A stretch of 30,483 bases of DNA from Elusimicrobiota bacterium (GTDB lineage: Bacteria > Elusimicrobiota > Elusimicrobia > F11). The notes beneath the pieces are model-generated. The model was not told the origin of the DNA and searched no databases. It saw only the letters and a program-made list of their open reading frames with translations. This document shows, piece after piece, positions 1 through 9,337 of the stretch (positions are counted from its first letter, which is position 1; the number at the start of each line of letters is the position of its first letter). Location of the stretch: the NCBI GenBank assembly GCA_046153645.1, contig JBJXGI010000067.1:1-30483 (forward strand), in the 5' to 3' direction. Position numbers and translations under genes: made by a program.

Positions 1-2
1 TT

Positions 3-1655
3 CAATTTACAGGAACAACTTCTGTTTTAGCTTCGGGCGATCCCATTCAAGTTGTGGGCTTGGATCCTTTAACTGAAATTCGTTATGGTTATTCTAGTTT
101 TCAAGATGCCAGTTCCGCCAATAAAGATATTAATAAGAGCTTTCCATTGGAGTATTTAGAATTGAAGCTAAAACGACCCGTGTTTTATACGGTCCAACAA
201 GAAGGATGGTTGGTTGTTGTTGGGTTAGATAAAACCCAAACCAAAGTAGATGTTCCTGAACTTGATTTTCGATTTGATGCGGCCAAATATCAAGGAGCAG
301 CCAATATCCCTGCCAATCCACGACTCAATGATTTTGTGGCAGTGGCTCAAGCCAATAGTCGTTTGTTGGTGGTTTCTAGAGAGGAAGTCGACTTGGCAAA
401 ATTCAGGGTGTTCGAATCAAAAAGAGCTCTTTTGCCTCAGCTGACGGCTCGCTTGTCTGCGACGCGTGGTAAAGAAGTCAATCCCTTCCCCAGTGATAAT
501 TTTGAAGGATTTGAAGCCACTACTTTTAAACGAGACGAGTATGGACTGCAAGTTAATCAACCGCTCTGGCAGTCAGGCCGACTATGGGGCGCCTACCGTC
601 AAGCCGATTTAAACCGAGTCATGGCGCTTGAAAATTTGCGCAAACAAGCTCAAGATTTAACTTATGAAATGAAAAAAGGCTATTACTCACTTCTTAAATT
701 TCAATCTATTTACCGAATCCGCCGTGAACTTGTGGCGCAAGGTGAAGTGATTAAAGATCTCGTTAAAAAGAAATTAAAATTTGATCTCACATCTCGTTCT
801 GAGGTTTTGAATGTTAATGCTCAAGCTGATCAAGCGGCTTATAAACTCACCGCAGATGAGCAAGATATTGCTTTAGCCCGGTTGGTCATTATTTCTCTTT
901 TAAATCAAGATCAAATGATGCCTGATCCCGTCCCCGGCGCGCTGTCATTTGGTCGACTGAGTTTTAATGTCGAATCGATTATTTCATGGGCTCAAGAGCA
1001 TCGTCCGGATGTAAGAATTGCAAAACTAAACGCGGAACTCGCCAGATATGCTTATAAAGCGGCCCGTGCTGATGGTCGAATTAAATTGGATGCAAATGGT
1101 TTTTACGGACGGTCCGGGGCCGCTTTTGCTGATGATGATTTTGAAATGAGAGAAGCTTGGAACTTTGGATTAAGAGCTTCTCGAATGTTTTGGGGAAATA
1201 CGGTTAAGGGCAATTTCACGAAAGAAAAGACTTCTCCTGATCTCGGGCAATCCTTTGTTACGCAATCTCAACAAAAATCTGTTGAATTGGGAATATTGGA
1301 TAATTTCCCTGGAATGTCTAATACAAAACAAGCCGAGCTTCAATTTGAACGTGCTAAGGCAGAATTGGTAGAAGCGGCACGAAAAGCTGAATTTGAGGTA
1401 CGCCAAACTTATTACAACTTAGAAAAAGCTGCGCGTCAGCTCGAAGCCGTCCGTGAAGATTTGCAATATAGAGCCAAGGATTTAGAAATCACGAGAGAGA
1501 AAATGAAGTTAGGTTTAGCAGAGTTATCTCAACTCATGCAAGCAGAAATTGCCAATGCCGAAGCTCAAATAACCGAACAAGAAGCCCTTTCCGCTTATAA
1601 CGTCGCCTTGGCCGATATGGACCGAGTCGCTGGCGCTGAAGTGGTTCGAGATTAA
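3..1655 (+). CDS. TolC-family outer membrane efflux/secretion channel protein with N-terminal extension; 5'-partial
   Basis: The frame is open from base 3 (QFTGTTSVLASGDPIQVV...), so the ORF-track GTG start at 54 is probably internal. Two OEP-like halves are visible: 'RALLPQLTARLS', 'YGLQVNQPLWQSGR', 'EMKKGYYSLL', 'AQEHRPDVRIAKLN', 'EVRQTYYNL', 'KMKLGLAELSQLMQAE', 'YNVALADMDRVAG'. The stop overlaps the next start (TAATG, 1653-1657). Confidence 0.88.
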   Translation, partial: QFTGTTSVLASGDPIQVVGLDPLTEIRYGYSSFQDASSANKDINKSFPLEYLELKLKRPVFYTVQQEGWLVVVGLDKTQTKVDVPELDFRFDAAKYQGAANIPANPRLNDFVAVAQANSRLLVVSREEVDLAKFRVFESKRALLPQLTARLSATRGKEVNPFPSDNFEGFEATTFKRDEYGLQVNQPLWQSGRLWGAYRQADLNRVMALENLRKQAQDLTYEMKKGYYSLLKFQSIYRIRRELVAQGEVIKDLVKKKLKFDLTSRSEVLNVNAQADQAAYKLTADEQDIALARLVIISLLNQDQMMPDPVPGALSFGRLSFNVESIISWAQEHRPDVRIAKLNAELARYAYKAARADGRIKLDANGFYGRSGAAFADDDFEMREAWNFGLRASRMFWGNTVKGNFTKEKTSPDLGQSFVTQSQQKSVELGILDNFPGMSNTKQAELQFERAKAELVEAARKAEFEVRQTYYNLEKAARQLEAVREDLQYRAKDLEITREKMKLGLAELSQLMQAEIANAEAQITEQEALSAYNVALADMDRVAGAEVVRD

Positions 1656-4600
1656 TGAAACTAGGTTCACTTTTTGTCAAACGGCCGGTGATGACCACCA
1701 TGGTTTTCATGGGGATTGGGTTATTTGGTTTGATTGCTTGGAAACAACTTCCACAAGAATTATTCCCTAATATTTCCGTCCCACAATTGGTTGTTATTAC
1801 CAAATACCAAAACGCAGCTCCTGAAGAAATCGAAAACTTACTCACAAAACCCATCGAAGAAGCAGTCGGAACTGTTCCTCATTTAAAACGCGTTCGCTCT
1901 GTTTCAAAAGAAGGAATGTCCGCTGTGACCCTTGAGTTTGGCTGGGGTGTTGATATGAGTTTTGCTCATCTTTCAACCCGTGAGAAATTAGATCGAATTA
2001 AAGACCGACTTCCTCAAGAAGCGGAAGAAGCCATTATCAAAAGAGTTAATCCCTTTTCGCATCCGATTCTTGTCATTAGTGTTACAGGGGACCTTTCTTT
2101 GCCAGATATGACTGATCTGGCTAAAGATGTCATTAAGAAAAAGCTGGATAAAACAGATGGTGTGGGTTCTGTTACAATTTCAGGCGGTCAAAAAAGAGAA
2201 ATTATTGTTGAAGTGGACCGTGGACGTTTAAGTGCCAGTCGAGTTTCACTCCCGATGGTTGAACAAGCGCTCAAAAACGCCAATTATGATTATCCCGCCG
2301 GAACAACACAGGGAAAAGTGGTGGAATATTTGGTCAGAACCCAAGGCCGCTTTAAAACTTTAGATGATATTGGGAAAACAATTGTTCAAGTTGAAAACCC
2401 GGAATTTGATCCCACCTACAAATGGAAAAAAACAGAAGATAAAGGTTCTTATAGTAAAACCACTCAAGAACAAAGATTAATTTCTCTTTCCGACTTAGCT
2501 CAAATTAAGATGAGTTTAGAAGATAAAACCAGCTATTCACGCTATAACGGGCATGAAAATATTTCTATTTCCATTCAAAAACACGCGGACGCTAATACCG
2601 TTGAAGTCTCTCGGTCAGTACAAGAAGCGCTAAAAGAACTTCGACCTTCTCTTCCTCGAAGCATGAAGGTGGACATCGTTTATAACGAATCGAATTATAT
2701 TTTAGATTCATTAAACAGCATGCGTGATAACGTTGTTATCGGGGGGCTTTTGGCTTTTTTTGTTCTTTTTTATTTTCTCGGAAATGTTCGGGATTCATTT
2801 AATGTTGGTTTGTCTATTCCTGTGGCCATTATGGCCACTCTTATTATGATGTTTATTACTGGTGGTTCAGTTAATATGTTGACGTTGGCTGGAATTGCAT
2901 TGTCGGTTGGTTCTATATCAGATTGCGCTATTGTTGTGGCAGAGAATATTGCGCGCCATCATAAAAAATTAGGAAAAAATTTATTAGAGGCTTCTGGCGA
3001 TGGAACAGACGAAGTATCTCTTTCCATGGTGACCTCAACAGCGACCAACGTGGTGGTTTTTCTTCCTCTGTTATTTATCACAGGAATCGCGCAACAACTT
3101 TTTAATGATCTTATTGTTGTTACTATTTTTACCAATATTGCGGGTTTATTTGTCTCGCTTACTTTAATTCCGAGACTTTCCGCTTATGAAACAAAACTAC
3201 CTCGGTTTTTGGAGCAAGGAAAATTAGAAAAATATACGTTAACAGGTGAAAATGGAAAACGTTTGGATAATTTCTATAAACGCGTTTTGTTGTTTTCACT
3301 CAATGATGTTAAAACAGTAGGCCTTATCATGGTTCTTTTATTTGGACTTGCGCTTCTGTTACTTTCTTGGGCACCGAAAGTGTTTATGCCAAAAATGGAT
3401 CAAGGACAATTTATTATTGAATTAGAAATGCCTATTGGTACGCGGCTTGAAGTAAGTAATCTTGTTACGGCCAAGTTAGAGGGGATTCTCTCTAACATAA
3501 AAGGTGTTTCTGCCATGGCCAATGTAGGGTCAGCTCAAGAAGATGAAGAAATTGAAGCGTTGGGTTCTCATCAGTCTAGAATTGTGGTCAACGTTGATTC
3601 CAAAGCAGGGGTTCCAACAGATCAAGTCATTCATAAATTTCAAGAATTGGCCAAAAGAGAAAATTTAGAAGGGGGAATATTAACTTATATATTACAGGAC
3701 AGTCCCATCCGTTCCGCCTTGGCTGGAGGTGCTCCTGTTGAAGTTGAAGTAAAAGGGCCTGAACTAGACCAATTAAAAATTCTCTCAGATAGAATGGTAA
3801 AAGAGTTTGATAAGGAAGATAATCTTTTTGGTGTTAAGACAACATTTGCGCTTCCTTCTAAAGAAACGAAAGTCATTGTTGATAAAGACCGCGCTTCTGG
3901 TTTTCAGTTGTCAGTTTCTGATATCGCGCGTACCGCTTTGATCGCGATTAAAGGAATCGTAGCTACCGAGCTTAAAGATGAAGGAAAAGAAACCAATATT
4001 CGAGTTCGTTTAAGGGAAGAAGACCGAGAAAATTCTGACAGTATTAGACAAATGACGGCACGCTCTCCTCAAGGGCTTATGGTGCCATTAGACGCGGTGG
4101 CAAAAGTAAGTTCCGGTGTGGGAGCCAGTGAAATTCGGCATTTAGATGGTCAACGCTCATTTGTGGTAACGGCGGAAGTTTCTGGTTCTAGTACGGCAAA
4201 AGCGTTAAAGCGAGTAAGTCAAATGCTTAAAAATTACCGCGTCTCAAAAGAATATACAGTTGAATTAGGAGGGGAAAGTCGTCAAATTGCGGAATCATTT
4301 TCTGGTTTAAAGTATACGTTTCTTTTGGCCATCATTTTAATCTATATGATTATGGCCGCTCAATTTGAATCGCTCATTCAACCACTTATTATTTTAAGCA
4401 CTGTTCCTTTTTCTATTATTGGAATTGCATTTACATTATTCGTTACAAATACTCCTTTTTCAGCGGTGGTGGCTTTGGGGTCCGTCATTTTAGCGGGTAT
4501 CGTTGTGAATAATGGTATCGTTCTTATTGATTTAATTAATGCCATGAGGAAAGAAGGAATGGCATTGCGTGAGGCGATTGTTTTCGGATGTATCAACCGC

Positions 4601-4813
4601 ATTCGACCAATTTTAATGACGGCCATTACCGCTGTGATGGGTTCTTTTCCTTTGGCTATTGGGCTTGGAAAAGGTGATGAACTTGCCTCCCCTTTAGCTC
4701 AAGTTACTTTCGGAGGGATGTTTGTGTCAACAGCGTTGACACTGATTATTATTCCGATTCTTTATGAGAAGGCAACTTTATTTCAGGAAAAACGAGCGGC
4801 GGTGAAAGTATGA
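1655..4813 (+). CDS. RND-family (AcrB/AcrD/AcrF, HAE1-like) inner-membrane transporter, 1052 aa
   Basis: N-terminal 'FVKRPV', 'APEEIENLLTKPIEEAV', TM4 'SDCAIVVAENI', 'PKMDQGQF', 'YMIMAAQFES', TM10 'GIVVNNGIVLID' and TM11 'RIRPILMT'; typical RND length and hydrophobic pattern. Confidence 0.95.
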   Translation: MKLGSLFVKRPVMTTMVFMGIGLFGLIAWKQLPQELFPNISVPQLVVITKYQNAAPEEIENLLTKPIEEAVGTVPHLKRVRSVSKEGMSAVTLEFGWGVDMSFAHLSTREKLDRIKDRLPQEAEEAIIKRVNPFSHPILVISVTGDLSLPDMTDLAKDVIKKKLDKTDGVGSVTISGGQKREIIVEVDRGRLSASRVSLPMVEQALKNANYDYPAGTTQGKVVEYLVRTQGRFKTLDDIGKTIVQVENPEFDPTYKWKKTEDKGSYSKTTQEQRLISLSDLAQIKMSLEDKTSYSRYNGHENISISIQKHADANTVEVSRSVQEALKELRPSLPRSMKVDIVYNESNYILDSLNSMRDNVVIGGLLAFFVLFYFLGNVRDSFNVGLSIPVAIMATLIMMFITGGSVNMLTLAGIALSVGSISDCAIVVAENIARHHKKLGKNLLEASGDGTDEVSLSMVTSTATNVVVFLPLLFITGIAQQLFNDLIVVTIFTNIAGLFVSLTLIPRLSAYETKLPRFLEQGKLEKYTLTGENGKRLDNFYKRVLLFSLNDVKTVGLIMVLLFGLALLLLSWAPKVFMPKMDQGQFIIELEMPIGTRLEVSNLVTAKLEGILSNIKGVSAMANVGSAQEDEEIEALGSHQSRIVVNVDSKAGVPTDQVIHKFQELAKRENLEGGILTYILQDSPIRSALAGGAPVEVEVKGPELDQLKILSDRMVKEFDKEDNLFGVKTTFALPSKETKVIVDKDRASGFQLSVSDIARTALIAIKGIVATELKDEGKETNIRVRLREEDRENSDSIRQMTARSPQGLMVPLDAVAKVSSGVGASEIRHLDGQRSFVVTAEVSGSSTAKALKRVSQMLKNYRVSKEYTVELGGESRQIAESFSGLKYTFLLAIILIYMIMAAQFESLIQPLIILSTVPFSIIGIAFTLFVTNTPFSAVVALGSVILAGIVVNNGIVLIDLINAMRKEGMALREAIVFGCINRIRPILMTAITAVMGSFPLAIGLGKGDELASPLAQVTFGGMFVSTALTLIIIPILYEKATLFQEKRAAVKV

Positions 4814-5727
4814 AAGTGAATTTTCTATTTCAATTAACTGATGAAAGAATAAAAATAATAGCGCTTACTACCTTATTCTTTTTTTCCCTCTGTTTTTCTT
4901 CCTGTAAACCCACATACCAAAAAGAAAACTTTGTGGACACCATTAAATTTCTGGCGAAGAAAGAATATGGAATTGATGTGGTTGACGTCAAACAAACGGG
5001 TCAAACATTGGGGCTTCGGTTTACCTTGGATAATTTATTAACGGACTTGGCTTCAGGAGACGAGAAAACCAGCCGTGAAATAAATGGACTTTTTGTCATT
5101 CTTGTTAGAGTTTCTATTTCTTCAGATATTCCTCCTAAATTTGTTGTGCTTGAAATAGCCGATAAATCAAACCCGGATTTTCGATTGGTATTAACTCGAT
5201 ATATTGAAGATGTAAAAAAACTGTTCGCGGAAGCTTTATCTGTCACCGATTCGCAAGATCGTCTCATTCAAGAATTTGTGATGGGAGAAAAACATGTTCC
5301 TTTCGAAGCTGATGAAATGGCACTCATTCGCATGATGATGATGGCGGTAGAAAGTAATAACAAACCCAACCTCAACGCTACTTTTGATTTGAAAGATGTT
5401 TCATTTGAATTGTTTATTGCAGGGGTGGCCGCCAATCAAATGAGACGCCTTTTAAAGAATCGAAAAGAATTCAAAGAAGAACTTATTTTAAGACAAGTGA
5501 CAGCCTCTTTTGATCGAGACAACGTTCAAAATAATAATTTTAAGGTTTTTTTGGATTTGGTATCTCAGAATACCGTTTCGGGTACCACCAAAATGATTGA
5601 AACAACGGTCCTTCCTTATGTTGGTCAACAGATTCATGATTTACTTAAGAGTTATAAATTTAAAGATGTAAAAAACATTATCGTCATCGATCGAAACTCC
5701 GGAAAAAGTTTTAACGTGGCGCTGTAA
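4810..5727 (+). CDS. Hypothetical lipoprotein, 305 aa
   Basis: ATGA overlap with the upstream RND stop suggests translational coupling. A hydrophobic stretch ends in a lipobox-like 'FFSLCFSS-C-KPTY'. No recognisable catalytic motif. Confidence 0.8.
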   Translation: MKVNFLFQLTDERIKIIALTTLFFFSLCFSSCKPTYQKENFVDTIKFLAKKEYGIDVVDVKQTGQTLGLRFTLDNLLTDLASGDEKTSREINGLFVILVRVSISSDIPPKFVVLEIADKSNPDFRLVLTRYIEDVKKLFAEALSVTDSQDRLIQEFVMGEKHVPFEADEMALIRMMMMAVESNNKPNLNATFDLKDVSFELFIAGVAANQMRRLLKNRKEFKEELILRQVTASFDRDNVQNNNFKVFLDLVSQNTVSGTTKMIETTVLPYVGQQIHDLLKSYKFKDVKNIIVIDRNSGKSFNVAL

Positions 5728-5774
5728 AAAATCGTTTATGGAAAATAATGTAAATGAAAACAGCTTGCCAAGTG

Positions 5775-5894
5775 AATTCCTCCCCACGTATTTCAGTGGG
5801 GAGGCTAGGTGGGGAATGGATAGGTTTTTCCTTATAAAGAAAAATTTATCTATACCCCACCTAACCTCCCCTTTGTACTACAAGGGGAGGAATT
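5775..5894. repeat. 120-bp imperfect palindrome (REP/REPIN-like doublet) of two G/C hairpin units centred on TTATAA
   Basis: 5775-5834 matches the reverse complement of 5835-5894 at 48/60 positions by manual count. Each arm has its own hairpin (CCTCCCCAC-n8-GTGGGGAGG and CCTCCCCTT-n8-AAGGGGAGG). Same family as the arms at 9871-9932 and 10220-10281. Confidence 0.9.
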
Positions 5895-5918
5895 TCCCTC
5901 TATAGGAAAAGCTTCTTT

Positions 5919-8900
5919 ATGTTCCTCACAGAAGCTTCAGCTAAACGTCCCATTGCAACTCTGATGGCTGTTCTAGCCATTACGATGGGCGGCCTTATAG
6001 GTCTTTTTACTCTGCCCGTGGACAAAATGCCCAACTCGGAACCACCTGAGATCAGTGTTTTTGTTGGCGTTCGTGGTGGAATGCCCTCAGAAGAAATTGA
6101 ACGTTTGATTACAGCACCTATTGAAGAGGCGGTGGCTTCAATGGCAGGCCTTAAAGAGCTCATGTCTGTTTCTCGTAAAGACAGATCAGAGTTGTATTTA
6201 TATTTTGAAAATCCTGATCAAGTCAAACGCGCTACGCTTGAAGTTTCTGAGCGCCTTGCGAAAATTAAAGGAAAACTTCCCAAAGAAATTGAAAAACCAA
6301 TAGTGGCTCGTTACAAAGAGGGTGATCACCCGGTTGTCATATTAAACGCTACGAGTTCAACTAAAACCCCTGAATTTATACGTGGTTTATTAGAACGTGA
6401 TTTAAAACCCAAACTCTCTCGCTTGACGGGGGTTGCCAATGTTGAGATTTATGGAGGTCGACAGCGAAAAATTTTAGTTGAGTTTGAGAAAGTAAAATTA
6501 GAAATGCACCGGCTTCCCATATTAGAAGTGATACGTCAATTGGGCGCCAATAACATTACTTTATCTTCAGGCGAGCAATTTTCTCAGCGCGATACCTGGT
6601 CTATTCAAGTCGTGGGAGATTTTCGAAGTATTGATGAGATGAAAGAATTAGGGGTCGATGTGACAAAAGAAGGTTCTCGGCTTCGCTTAAAAGACATCGC
6701 CAATATTAGAGATTATTTTTTAGAAGCGGATTCTCATTCGAGAATTAATGGTCAAGATTCTGTGACCATTCAAGTTCAAAAAGAAAGTGGTGCCAATACC
6801 ATTGAAGTGGCGCAAGAAGTGATTAAAGCGGCGAATGAGTATCAGAAAACATTACCTCCTGATGTTGGTATCGGGGTGGGTCTTAACCAATCTGTGGCGA
6901 TCAAACAAGCCATATCTGATGTTAAGGAAGCACTGACAGAAGGAGCTTTTTTAACGGCCTTTATACTGTGGTTTTTCTTAAGGAAAACCAAACAGATTGC
7001 CGTTATCGTTCTTTCAATTCCTGTGGCTGTCTTGGGAACATTTTTTGTAATGACCCTGCATGCGCTTATCATGGGGAAATTGGGTAATCCGCCCATGTTT
7101 ACGATCAATATTATGTCTCTTTTAGGAATTGCGCTGGGTATTGGAAGAATGGTGGACGACTCCATTGTTGTATTTGAAAATATTTTGCATCGATATGAAG
7201 AGGCGGCTAAAAAAGGTGAAAAAAATATTGATCGCGTTCAATTGGTTGTGCAAGCCACGGGTGAAATGGCTTTGGCGGTTGCTTCGTCCACATTAATTTT
7301 GGTTGTTATCTTTTTACCCATTGTTTTATTTAGCGAGGATATTAGGAAGAAATTTTCAGACGTCGCGTTTACCGTTATTGTGTCATTGTTGGGGTCACTT
7401 CTGATGTCAATAACGTTGGTGCCTTTGCTGGCCTCAAAAATGAAATTTGCCTCTATTGATGGAGAAGGATCGGATGAATATGGGTGGGAGAAAAAGTTAA
7501 AGGAGTGGTTTAGTAAAAAATGGGAACGCTTTACCAGAAAAAAATCAGATAATTCGATTTTAATTGTAAATCAGGAAAAATTACCTGCATCTGTTAAGAA
7601 AAAGAAATTTTCCGATTATATTCCTTCTGATATATTAGAACTATTCTTTTTTCTTCCAAGTTTAATACGCTATTTCTCTCAGCCTCATGCTTGGAGAAAA
7701 TTTTTACGAAAAACAACTGCTTGGTCTATTCGCAATCGGGTGTATGTCATGTTGGGTGTGGCGGCCTCGCTCGTGGCTTCTCTTGGAATTTATCAATATG
7801 GTTTGGCCAAAGAATTCGTTAGTAGTGGCAACAACGATGAATTTATTATTTTTGTTGAACTTCCTTCCGGAAGTAAGTTGGAAATCTCAGATAAGATTGT
7901 TTCAGAAGTTGAGTCGACCATTAATGCTTTGCCTGAAGTTAAGAATGTTGTGAGAACGGTGTCTTCTCGGGTTGAAGGATGGTCGTCAAAAGTTTATGTA
8001 TCACTTAAACCTGAGTCGGAGCGTACGCGGACCGCTCAAGATTTGATTCAAGAATTGCGCCCAAAATTTAAAGGGGTGGGTGGCGAATACGAAGCATTTA
8101 TTTACTTTTCAGAGCCCAGTAGTTCTAAAGAGTTATTCATTGATCTTTTTGGGAAAGATTATAACGTGCTTCGAGATTTGGCTGTCGAAGTTGCCAAACG
8201 AATGCAGCAAGTAACAGGTTTACGCGACGTAAAACTTCGTTATAAACCAGGTCAACCGGAGATTCGCTTGCGTGTTGATCACTCTCGGGCCTCTTTATTT
8301 GGTCTTAACTCTCGTGAAATTGCTGATACGGTTCACGCTCAACTTCGGGGCCTGCGTGCCACTTATTTTAATTCGGGAAATGAGCAGGTGGAAACCGTGG
8401 CTCGTCTGACCGAAGAAGATCGCCGTACTGAAGAAAATTTAAAAAATTTAACTTTTATCTCTAATAACAAAAGTCGCGTGATTGTTCCTATTCAACAGGT
8501 GATTGATTTTGAAAATGGTTACACGCCAAGCGAAGTGTTTCGACGAAATAAAGAACGTGTTATTGAAGTCTCAGCCAATCGAGAACGTTTGGCTTTATCA
8601 ACGGCGGTAGATAAGGTTCGTGCCGCCCTCAAGGATTTAAAAGTTCCCATTGGTTATCATTACGAATTTGGTGGTGATTACAAAAAGTTAGTTCAGAGTG
8701 AAAAAGAATTTATGTACGCGTTTTTGATTATGGGTATTTTGGTGTATATGGTATTGGCCTGTTTTTTTGAATCTTATGGGCAACCTTTTTTAATGTTATT
8801 AACAATTCCATTGGCCTTGGTGGGTTCTATGCCCATGCTTTGGATGACGAATACTCCGGTCAATATGGGTGTTTATATTGGGCTTTTAATGTTGGGCGGA

Positions 8901-9287
8901 ACGGTGACCTCTAATGCTGTTATTCTTATTGATCGTTTAAATGCGGTAAAAAAATCCCGGCGTCTTCTGCGAGCTGTGCTCATGGCTGGAATTGAGCGTT
9001 CACGACCTATTTTTATGACTTCTCTCTCAACGATCGCGGCTATGTTGCCTTTAACCTTTGCAAAAGGAGAATCCGCTGAAATGTGGGCGCCACTAGCAAA
9101 AACAGTGGTGAGCGGAATCGCCCTTTCATCGGTTCTGACATTGTTTGTTATTCCCGCCGCTTATGTGATGTTGGAAGTGACCACTCGAAATTGGGGTAGG
9201 CTGATCCTTGGAAAAGTTTCATTTTCTGCTCTCGTTTCAGAACTCAAATCTCCCAAGACAAAGATAAACCTCGGTACCGGTTCTTAA
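5919..9287 (+). CDS. RND-family (AcrB-like) inner-membrane transporter, 1122 aa
   Basis: 'SAKRPIATLM', 'SEEIERLITAPIEEAV', TM4 'GRMVDDSIVVFENI', 'YMVLACFFES', TM11 'RSRPIFMT', 'LTLFVIPAAY'. AGGA SD-like sequence at about 5904-5907. Confidence 0.95.
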   Translation: MFLTEASAKRPIATLMAVLAITMGGLIGLFTLPVDKMPNSEPPEISVFVGVRGGMPSEEIERLITAPIEEAVASMAGLKELMSVSRKDRSELYLYFENPDQVKRATLEVSERLAKIKGKLPKEIEKPIVARYKEGDHPVVILNATSSTKTPEFIRGLLERDLKPKLSRLTGVANVEIYGGRQRKILVEFEKVKLEMHRLPILEVIRQLGANNITLSSGEQFSQRDTWSIQVVGDFRSIDEMKELGVDVTKEGSRLRLKDIANIRDYFLEADSHSRINGQDSVTIQVQKESGANTIEVAQEVIKAANEYQKTLPPDVGIGVGLNQSVAIKQAISDVKEALTEGAFLTAFILWFFLRKTKQIAVIVLSIPVAVLGTFFVMTLHALIMGKLGNPPMFTINIMSLLGIALGIGRMVDDSIVVFENILHRYEEAAKKGEKNIDRVQLVVQATGEMALAVASSTLILVVIFLPIVLFSEDIRKKFSDVAFTVIVSLLGSLLMSITLVPLLASKMKFASIDGEGSDEYGWEKKLKEWFSKKWERFTRKKSDNSILIVNQEKLPASVKKKKFSDYIPSDILELFFFLPSLIRYFSQPHAWRKFLRKTTAWSIRNRVYVMLGVAASLVASLGIYQYGLAKEFVSSGNNDEFIIFVELPSGSKLEISDKIVSEVESTINALPEVKNVVRTVSSRVEGWSSKVYVSLKPESERTRTAQDLIQELRPKFKGVGGEYEAFIYFSEPSSSKELFIDLFGKDYNVLRDLAVEVAKRMQQVTGLRDVKLRYKPGQPEIRLRVDHSRASLFGLNSREIADTVHAQLRGLRATYFNSGNEQVETVARLTEEDRRTEENLKNLTFISNNKSRVIVPIQQVIDFENGYTPSEVFRRNKERVIEVSANRERLALSTAVDKVRAALKDLKVPIGYHYEFGGDYKKLVQSEKEFMYAFLIMGILVYMVLACFFESYGQPFLMLLTIPLALVGSMPMLWMTNTPVNMGVYIGLLMLGGTVTSNAVILIDRLNAVKKSRRLLRAVLMAGIERSRPIFMTSLSTIAAMLPLTFAKGESAEMWAPLAKTVVSGIALSSVLTLFVIPAAYVMLEVTTRNWGRLILGKVSFSALVSELKSPKTKINLGTGS

Positions 9288-9337
9288 TCTGAAATAGGTA
9301 CAACCAATAAAAGGTGTCCACTTAAGAACCGGTACCG
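9272..9337. terminator. 16-bp perfect inverted repeat between convergent genes; possible bidirectional terminator or REP-like element
   Basis: CGGTACCGGTTCTTAA (9272-9287) and TTAAGAACCGGTACCG (9322-9337) with a 34-nt spacer, followed by T-rich sequence (TTATTTTT) on the + strand. The loop is long for a classical terminator. Confidence 0.5.

Noticed and set aside
54..56. GTG start assigned to the TolC gene
   Set aside because: The frame is open upstream to the window edge and no signal peptide follows 54, so the true start is probably outside the window.
130..7953. Short ORFs overlapping the TolC, RND and lipoprotein genes
   Set aside because: Shadows of well-supported long genes.
1655..9287. 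Gene symbols acrB, mdtB/mdtC, swrC or heavy-metal cusA/czcA
   Set aside because: Family-level motifs are clear, but orthology and substrate cannot be assigned by eye.
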